This document shows, piece after piece, positions 1 to 8,241 of a stretch of DNA of 64,000 bases; positions within the stretch are counted from its first letter, which is position 1, and the number at the start of each line of letters is the position of its first letter. Both the position numbers and the translations under genes were made by a program. Below the pieces are notes generated by a model. That model made no database searches. It was not told the DNA's origin and saw only the letters and a list, made by a program, of their open reading frames with translations. Source of the stretch: Antechinus flavipes (lineage: Eukaryota); contig NC_067400.1 of assembly GCF_016432865.1 (NCBI RefSeq), positions 612,002,001 to 612,066,000 of the forward strand, written 5' to 3'.

Positions 1-39
1 CTGTGGAAGGCTCCCTCAACCTGGGTGGGTGGAGGAAAG

Positions 40-1420
40 CATGGGGAACGTCCCTGAAGTCTGTGGGGTGAGGGGACTTCCTCAGTCTGTGGTTTGGGGG
101 AGGGAGTTCTGGGTCTCTACGTTAGGGTGAGAGGAGTACCCCTTACTTATAAGGTCAAATGAAAGTGTCAGTTTTTGAGGTCTGTGGGGGAGGTGTTCCT
201 CAGTCCGAGATGGGAGTCCCTTAGTCTGGGGAATTAATCAAGTCCCTGACTATGGAGCAAGGTGGAAGGGACCCTCAGTCTCTAGGAGAATGAGAGCCCT
301 TAAGTCTCTAGGAACGATCCTTCAGTCTCTAGAGAGGGAAAATGAGGTGGATATCTCAGTCTATAAAGAAGGTGAAGGGGATCCCTTAGCATCTAGGGAA
401 AAGAAAGAGGGGTCCCTCAGTATCATGGGGTGAGGGGAATCCTTATGTCTCTGGTGGGGTGAGAAGGGGTACCTCCGTCTTTAGGAGGACGAGAACAGTC
501 CCTTATTTGGGAGGGATCTCTCAGGTGCTGGGAGTTGAGGGGGACCTTCAGTCTTTACAAGGGAGAGGGGGGATCCCAGTCTCCAAGAAACAAAAGAAGC
601 CTCTCAAGTCTCTACGGGGATGAGGGGACTCAGTCTCTGAGAGATAAGGGAAATTCCCCAGTCTCTAAGGGGGAAGAGGGAGGGTTCTTTCAGTCTTTGG
701 GCAACAGAGGGGGTATCTCCAGTTTCTGAGGAAGGTCTTTTGAGAGGGTGAAGGGCGTCTTCCAGTCTCTACACAATGGGAGGTCTCATTGCTAAGGAGG
801 GTGAGGGGATCTCGCCAGGCTCTAAGGAGGTGAAGGGGGTTTCTCAGTCTCCAGGAGGATGAGGGCGGCCCTCCAGTGTCTGAGGGGGTGAGGAAGGTCC
901 ATCCGTCTCTGAAGGTCTGAGGGAGACCCACTTTCTCAGCTGGGTGAAGGCGTCTCTCAGTCTCTATGGGGCGGGTGAGGGGGAATCCCTCCAGTCTCTG
1001 AGGGAGTGTGTGTGAAGGGGCCCTTCCAGTCTCTAAGGGGGTGAGGGAGCGCTCTCAGTCTCTAATGGGTGTGAGGGGGAATCCTCCAGTCTCAAGGGGT
1101 CCCTTCAGTTTCTACAACAGAGGTGAGGGGGGCCTCTCAGTCTCTAAAAAGGGTAGAGGGGATCCCTTTAATCTCCCCGGAGGAGGGATGTTCATCTAAA
1201 TCTCTAACGGACATGGGAGGGGTCTTTTCAGTCTCTGGGGGTGAAGGAAATCTCCAAGGGGGGTGAGAGAGGTCTCAGTCTTTAAGGTGGGGTGAGGTAT
1301 GGGGGTGAGGGAGACCTCAGACTTTAAGGGGGTGTGGGGATCTCTAAGGGGAAGATGAAAGGTTTCCAAGGGGAATTTAGGGGGGTCCTCAGATCTTTAA
1401 GGAGGGGATGAGGGGGTCCT
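40..1420. repeat. Degenerate minisatellite, unit about 35-45 bp (core CAGTCTCT...GGGGGTGAGGGGGAATCCCT)
   Basis: The cagtctct / ggggtgaggggg / tccct motifs recur dozens of times at roughly regular spacing. ORFs here are repeat-derived. Confidence 0.8.
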
Positions 1421-1439
1421 CTCAGGTCTCTAGGAAGCT

Positions 1440-1720
1440 ATAGGCCGAGGAGGAGGTTCTGTCTCTGTCCACCGCGGCTCCGGCGCGTCTGACGTCACTA
1501 ACGGTCCTCAACGACCCCGGGTCCCCTCGACAGCCCCACCACGTTTCCCCGGCTTCTAGGCTCACAAGCCGCTCCCACTGGGCAGGCGCAGTGCGCGTGT
1601 GGGGGAGGGGAGGGCGAGGCGAGCCACGGCGACATCGTGCGCATGCGCCCCCTCTTCTCCCGCCCGCCGCCCTTGACAACGAGCCCAGTCCCCAAACCCA
1701 GGTCGGGGCGGTGCCCAAAC
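1440..1720. promoter_or_regulatory. CpG-rich promoter, possibly bidirectional
   Basis: CpG-dense island with a palindromic CRE TGACGTCA (1490-1497) and an NRF1 site TGCGCATGCGC (1638-1648). Minus-strand donor-like TT|GTGAGC at 1566/1565; plus-strand donor-like CAG|GTCGGG near 1701. Confidence 0.6.
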
Positions 1721-2253
1721 GGCCGCCCTTCGAGGCTGCTTCCCCCCACATCTCCCCCTACGTCTGTCCCTCTTCCTCGATCCTCCCCCCACTGCCCTCC
1801 CCCCAGTTTTTGTGATCCCTCTACTTGAGTGTCCCTCCCCACACCCCGTCCCCTCCTCTCCTTCCCAGAGCCCCTCTTGGGAAACCCCCAGACCCCTCCC
1901 CTCTGACCCGCCGCTCCCGGATCCCCTCAGACCCCTCCCCCTTCCAAATCTCCCCTAGGACCTCCACCCTGTCCCTGCTCCTCCTCCGTCCCGCCCGCCC
2001 GAATCCCTCTAAGCTCTTTCCTTAATTTCTCCGTGCCCCTCCCACCCCCTGCAGACCCCTCCCTCCATCCCGAGATCCCTCCCCTTACCTCTTTACCTGC
2101 CCCATCGACTCTTCCTAGCTCCCCCCCTTTCCCTCCCAGTGACGCCCCGAGCCTCTGTGAACGCACGCTCCCCATGGGCCTTCTGCCCTCCCCCTGTCAG
2201 GCTCTCCCGCGTGTCCCTGGCCCGGCCCTGGGCTGACCAGTGGGCAGCCCCTC

Positions 2254-5200
2254 ATGCCCACACTGCCCCCTCACTGCCCCGTGGAGCTGGGCTCCGTCAG
2301 TGAGCGGGACAGCCCCCTGGCCCAGCTGCACCAGCTGGCCATCGTGGGCGGCCCCTGCTGGCGGCTGGCCAGGGTCCTGAAAAAAGGTGACCCGCCTGGG
2401 GGAGGGCTGGGCCTGGCGGGGGCGGCGGGGAGGCGCCGGGCAGGTCCTGAGGCTCCCCGCCCCTCTTGCGCCTCCCAGGGGTCCAGGTGGATGGGGAAAA
2501 CTCCCTGGGTCAGACCGGCCTCTTCCTGTCGGCGCTGCTGGGCCGCGCGGGCGCCGTCCGGCTTCTCCTCCGTTTTGGAGCCGACCCCAACCAGTGAGTG
2601 GGCGGGGCCCCGGCGCCCCCTCCCCCCAGCCGAGCCCCCTTGGCTCCTCCCCCCCCCCCCCCCCCCCGTGGGACTCCCGGTGACTGGGCTCCCTCTGCCC
2701 GTCTCTGCTCCGCAGCCGCTGCTTGGATGGAAGCACCCCGGTGCACGCGGGAGCTTTCTCCGGCCACTGCCAGGTCTTCCTCTGGCTGCTGGAGGCGGGG
2801 GGAGACCTGAGGCTGCACGACCAGCAGGGCTGGACCGCGGGGGACTGGGCGCAGCAGGCTGGGGCCGAGAGCTGGCAAGTGAGCAGGGCGCGGGGCCCCA
2901 CGGGAGACGGGCGGGAGGGCCGCGAGCTGCCTCCGCGGCGGGGCCCGTCACTGACGGGGAGGCTCCAGCCGGGACTCCCCGGGGAAGGGCGGCGGGGACA
3001 GCCCCCACGCTTGAGCTGCAGAGGGTGGCCCTGGGGCGGCCGGAGACCCCGCCCTGGCCCGGGGGCGTGCCCAAGGGCGGCAAAGGTGGCTCCGGGTGCT
3101 GTGGCAGGGGCCTTTCCCGGGGCGCCCCCCAAAGCTGCTCCATCCCACCCCCTGTTGTAGGTCTTGGAGCTGCTTCGGGAATGCCGAGCCCGAATGTCCC
3201 TGCTGGCCCAGGGGGGCGAGACGGCGCTGGCTTCGTCCTTGGGGGAGCTGTGGGGGCTCCGGGCCGGCTCTCTGGGAAACCTGCACCTGGCCCTGTCCTC
3301 GCAGCTCCTGCCTCAGGCCGAAGGGTAATGGCCCATGCTGCTCACTCCTTCCCTTCCTTGCCCGGACCCTTCTCCCGTGGCCCTGCTGGGCGCTGACCTC
3401 CCCCCCACCCCCAGGTCACTGTGGCCCAACCGGATCCAGCGGTCGCCCCAGGTGCCCGGGCTGGGATTTGGCCAGGTAGGCGGGGGTGCCTGTGGCTGGG
3501 GCGGGGGGCGGGCGCCTCCGGGACCTGCTGAGAGCGTCTCTCCCCCCCAAAGCTGAGCAGCCTGAGACCTCTCGGCCTGACGTCGGGGGTTCCCCTGGTT
3601 GATCCTGAGGAGCTGCTGCCAGCTCAGGGGGAGCCCGACCGGACCTACGAGTGCGGCGCCCACACCATTATGGTCAAGTGAGAGAGCAGGGAAGGGCCTC
3701 GGGGGCCTGTCCATCCAGCGCCAACTCCAGTGACCCCCCCCCAGTGACCCCAACCCCAGTGACCCCCACCCCAATGACCCCAACCCCAGTGACCTCCGCC
3801 CCAGTGACCCCCGCCCCAATGACCCCAACCCCAGTGACCCCCACCCCAGTGACTCCCACCCCAGTGACCCCCGCCCCAGTGACCCCAACCCCAGTAACCC
3901 CTGCCCCAGTGACTCCCACCCCAGTGACCCCCGCCCCAATGACCCTAACCCCAGTGACCCCCGCCCCAGTGACCCCCACCCCAGTGACCCCCGCCCCAGT
4001 GACCCCCGCCCCAGTGACCCCACAGGACCCCACTCCCAGCCCTCCCTGCTGGCCCCCTCTCCCGGGGCCCCCCCTCACTCTTCGATTTTGGTCTTTTACC
4101 CTAAAGTCTCTTGTGGAGGGGACACCCGGTGACTGTTCGGAAATTGAAGCCGGCCCCCGCCCGGGCCCTCCCGGACCTGCTGCTGTCTGACCTGAAGCAC
4201 TGCAGGTACCTCCTGCTGGGAGCCGGCCTGCAGCGCCGCCCCCATCCTCCAGGGGGCCTGTTGGGCACCTGCCCCCTCCCCCCGCCCCGGGCACCGCACT
4301 CAGGGCTGGCGCCCACCAGGAGCCTTCCCCGCCCTCGAGCAGCTTCTTCCCGCTCCATGGAGCCTCCAAGGGACCCGCAGAGGGAAAGCCCCCAGGAGAG
4401 GGGGGGCTGGCGCCCACCAGGAGCTTCCCCTGTCTCCACAGCCTCCTCCATCACCCCAACTTGCTGCTGCTCATGGCCCTGAGCCCCTCCCCCGACCTGG
4501 CCGGCCTGTGCCTCCTGTTTGAGCCCATCCAGGAGGGCTCCCTGCACCGGGTGCTGCACTCCCCCGGGGTGAGCTGGCCGGCCGGGCCAGAAAGGGGCGG
4601 GGCGGGGGGGAGGGGAGGGAGGATGGAGGAGCCGGCCTCAAGGGTGAGGGGACAGACCCTCCTCCTCAACCTGGCTCAGAGTGGGGGCGGGGGGGGGGCT
4701 GCGGCCCTGGTCCCCGCTCCTCTGGAGACAGGATGGGATGCTGAGGCACCCGGAGGGGGAGAGGCCGTGGCGGGGTCACTGACCGTGCCCACTGCCTTCT
4801 CTCCCACTAGGATGCGGCGGGCCCCAGATTGCCCCCTGGATTCCCCCCGGGACAGCTGCTGTTACAGGTGCTGGAGGCCCTGCTCTTCCTCCAAGGCCAG
4901 GCCCGGGCCCACGGGGGCCTCAGCTCCCACGCCGTCCAGCTGGTCCGACCAGGGCTGGCCAAAGTCAGCAACCTGGAGCACGGACGGTCCCTGCCCCGGC
5001 CCCAGTGAGTGAGCCCAGGGGCCCAGCTGTGCTCTGCCCTGCCCCCCCCGGCCCTGTCCCCTCCGGCACTGCCCCCCCCAGCCCTGTCCCCCACCCTGCC
5101 CCCCCCGGCCCTGCCCCCCCCGGCCCTGCCCCCTCCGGCCCTGTCCCCCCCACCCTGCCCCCCCCAGCCCTGCCCCCCCCGGCCCTGCCCCCTCTGGCCC

Positions 5201-7654
5201 TGCCCCCCCGCCCTGCTCCCCCCGCCCTGCCCCCCTGCCCTGCTCCCCCCGGCCCTGCCCCCCCGCCCTGCTCCCCCCGGCCCTGCCCCCCCCTCCCTGC
5301 CTGCCCCCTCCGCCCTGCCCCCCCCGGCCCTGCCCCCCCGCCCTGCCCCCCCGCCCTGCCCCCCCCGGCCCTACCCCCTCCGGCCCTGCCCCCCCCTCCC
5401 TGCCTGCCCCCTCCGCCCTGCCCCCCCGCCCTGCCCCCCCCAGCCCTGCCCCCCCGCCCTCCTCCCCCCGCCCTGCCCCCTCTGGCCCTGCCCCCTCCGG
5501 CCCTGCCCCCCCGCCCTGCTCCCCCCAGCCCTGCCCCCCAGCCCTGCTCCCCACCTCCCCCCTTACTCTCCCCCTGGGCTCTGCAGGCCAGAGCGAGCAG
5601 TTCCGTGGGGGGGCCCAAGGCCAGGGCCGCCTCCCCCCCCTGAGCTGTACCCCTGGCTGCCGCTGGAGCTGATTCGGGGGGACTCGCCCACCCCGACGTC
5701 GGACTTGTACAGCTTCTGCATCTTGACCCAAGAGGTCTTTACCGGTTGGTGCCCCCCACTGTCCTCCTGCCCCGACCCCCGCGCTCTGCCTGCCGGCCGC
5801 CCCTAACCGCCGCTCACTTTCCCTCCCGCCCCCTCCCACCGTGCTGCAGGGAGCCTTCCCTGGGCTGGGCAAGAAGGCCTGCAGGTCAAGGCGAAGCTGG
5901 AGTCCGGGGAGGGCCCGGCCCTCGCTCCCCAGGTTCCCCCGACCTACCAAGCCCTGGTCAAGGCGGGCCTGAGGGTGCGGCCCCGAGACCGGAAGGGCAG
6001 CCTGCAGGACGCCCGCTACAAGCTCAGGGTGGCCTTGGCTCAGGTACCGCCCGGGGGGGGGGGGGGGGCGAGGCTGGGAGGGGAGCCAGGCGGCCGTGAC
6101 AGGGCTGTCGGTCCCCAGGAGTCCACGCTCAGAGAAGCCTCCATGGGCACTGTGGGCAGCCCCTCCTCCGAGCTAAAGACCCCACCGCCGCCTCCCGGGA
6201 AGGAAGGCGACCACTCTCCTTGCCCTCCCCACGCGGAGCAGCTGCCGGAGCTGGATCCCAAGGTCACCAGCACACCCAGGCCTCCGTCCCCCAAGATGGC
6301 CCCCAACCCCAACCCGTCGGAGGTAATGGGGGTGCCGGTGGGAGGGAGACGGGGGGACCGGGCCGGGGCCACTGAGAGAGGAGGCTCTGGGTCCCTCCGA
6401 TGCCTCCCTAGACCTTGAAGTCCCCCGAGAGCGGCGGGGCCTGGGGGAACGCCTGGAGCCCCCCGGCCTTGGACTCGGGAAGCAGCCTGACCCTGGGCAG
6501 CAGCCTCAGCCTGAGCTCCCAGCCTGAAACGGCCTCGGCGGAGAAGAGGAAGCCGGCCAGTCCGGAGGTAGGGAGGGCCCCGGCCCCCACCTGCCTCCCC
6601 CCCCCCCCGGCCCCCACCTGCCCCCGTTCCCCCCCCGGCCCCCACCTGCCCCCCCGCCCCTTCCTCGGGCTCCCCGCTGACACAGCCCCTTCCCCCTCTC
6701 AGCAGAGGCCGGCCCTGCTGACCAGCCTGAGGGAGTCGGCCTCCCTGCTGGGCCAGGCCCAGGGCTCCCTGGAGAGACTGGAGAGGAGGTTCTCGGCCCG
6801 GATCCGGGCCCTGCAGGATCTGCTGGGAGATGGCCCCGAGGCCTCGGCGGCCCCCTCCACCTGCCCCCAGAGTGAGTCGGCCGAGGGCCCCCCCTCCCCG
6901 CTCCTGCCTGTCAGTCATCGAGCCCCGCCCCCATGCCCCCCTCACCTCTTCCCCCCGCTCCCCAGGTGCCCGAAGTTTTCAGGAGTGCATTGACCTGGCG
7001 GCCCAGGCCCGGCGACTGGACAGACAGGAAGGGAGGACGCAGGTAGGGAGTGGGGGAGGGGGGGCAGGCAGGGAGTGGGGGAGGGGGGCCCAGGCAGGGA
7101 GTGGGGGAGGGGGGGCAGGCAGGGAGTGGGGGAGGGGGGGCAGGCAGGGTGGCATTTTGAGGCGCCCGAGTCCAGCAGCCATTAAGCGGGGCGTGTGGGG
7201 GCCCACTGGCCACACAAGATGACCGAGAAAAAGTGGCTACTCTTGGGAGCTGCCCTTAGGAGGCGCACTGTGGGTGTTTGACTAGCATGAAGCACCTACT
7301 GTGTGCCAGGTCGTGCCCCCTTCCTTCCCAGGTCCTGGTCCCTGAGCTATCCAAAGAGAGCCCCTTCACCAGCCTGCAAAAGTAAGCTCCCCTTCCTTCC
7401 ACTTTCCCGACCTGCTCCATCCAAGCATTTCCAACTTGCTTTGGGGTCTCCCTCCTGACCCTGACCTCGTTTCCCCACCCCCAGGCTAGACCTGCTAGAG
7501 GAGATCATCACAGAGCTACAAGGTGAGGTGGGGGATGGTGATGGTGTGGGTGTGGGTGAGGGGCCCACTCCCCACCCCTAACGGGGTTTGTCTGGCTCTG
7601 CCGTCGTGACCCCTCCCACTCTGCCCCTCAGGAACCCCCAAACCAAGGAGCTGA
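2254..7654 (+). CDS. TEX14-like ankyrin-repeat pseudokinase (paralog of TEX14), about 749 aa
   Basis: 18 exons, all GT-AG, phases consistent: 2254-2386, 2479-2593, 2716-2878, 3161-3324, 3415-3475, 3553-3677, 4107-4205, 4442-4568, 4811-5004, 5587-5744, 5850-6043, 6119-6322, 6412-6567, 6703-6871, 6966-7042, 7332-7381, 7485-7522, 7632-7654 (2250 nt, ends TGA). The translation resembles human TEX14 as I recall it: CPVELG; [15 protein letters not shown]; [20 protein letters not shown]; AGGDLRLHD; GFGQ; NLLWRG..VTVRKL; LSSHAVQL; SNLE; ELYPW..SDLYSF; [17 protein letters not shown] at 7711-7716. The last 3-4 exons are less certain. Confidence 0.9.
3727..4022. repeat. 15-bp minisatellite (CCAGTGACCCCCACC) about 20 copies, TEX14-like intron 6
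   Basis: Direct tandem units visible; explains the VTPTP/GVTGA ORFs. Confidence 0.9.
5030..5550. repeat. C-rich about 14-15 bp tandem repeat (CCGGCCCTGCCCCCC), TEX14-like intron 9
   Basis: Near-pure C/G repeat; the minus strand carries dense G-tracts. Confidence 0.85.
7043..7148. repeat. G-rich tandem repeat (GGCAGGGAGTGGGGGAGGGGGG) about 4 copies, TEX14-like intron 15
   Basis: Direct repeats directly after the donor at 7043. Confidence 0.75.
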
Positions 7655-8241
7655 GTGTGGATCGCCCGGCCAAGTCGAGCTGGTGTCTGTCGGCCACCTG
7701 ACCCCAACCCAATAAAGCTTCCCCCGCCCGCCACCTTCTCCCTGCCTCTGACTCTGTCGCGATAATAGCACCAGACAAGGCTCCCTCTTGGTTTTCACTT
7801 TTATTTGTTAATGTTAAAATCTGCTTTTGGGCCGGGGCCGGGGCTGGGCGGGACTCTCAGACACGCGCACACGCACACCCCCAGAGCCCTCCTGGGCACA
7901 CATTCGCAGCTGCACGTGGGGGGGGGAGGGCATGCTGGGGGACGCTGGGGCTTGGGGGAGATGAAGTTCATCTTGTCCCAATTAGTGCAAGAAACCCCAG
8001 ACGTGTTGGGGGGGGGGGCAGAAAAACTACGACAGGTCAGGAGATCGGAGATCACATCAGAACCAGTTTACAAAGTTAGAAACTTGAGTAGGGAAAAAAT
8101 TACAAAATGGATTCGAATTGGGGATGGGGGCCCCAGGGCCAGTGATGGCAGGAGGGTCCGTGGTCATCAGCAGGCACACCCAGCTAGGGCCCCAAAGCTT
8201 CCCATTCAACATTTTACAAAAAGGCGAGGGGATCTCCAGCC

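Noticed and set aside
2254-3396. 380-aa single ORF beginning at the TEX14-like ATG
   Set aside because: Only the first 45 codons are real. The TEX14 similarity continues in other frames across canonical GT-AG introns.
3313-4417. Repetitive-peptide ORFs (GRGSL, VTPTP, GVTGA)
   Set aside because: Translations of the 15-bp intronic minisatellite.
5632-5660. GPPPPPELY as a CEP55-binding GPPx3Y motif
   Set aside because: Spacing is x5, and it aligns to the kinase P+1 loop (TEX14 LPTQLY), not to the TEX14 GPPX3Y site.
4862-5950. Gly/Arg-rich and Pro-rich ORFs
   Set aside because: Products of the C-rich intron-9 repeat; the real coding exons flank it.
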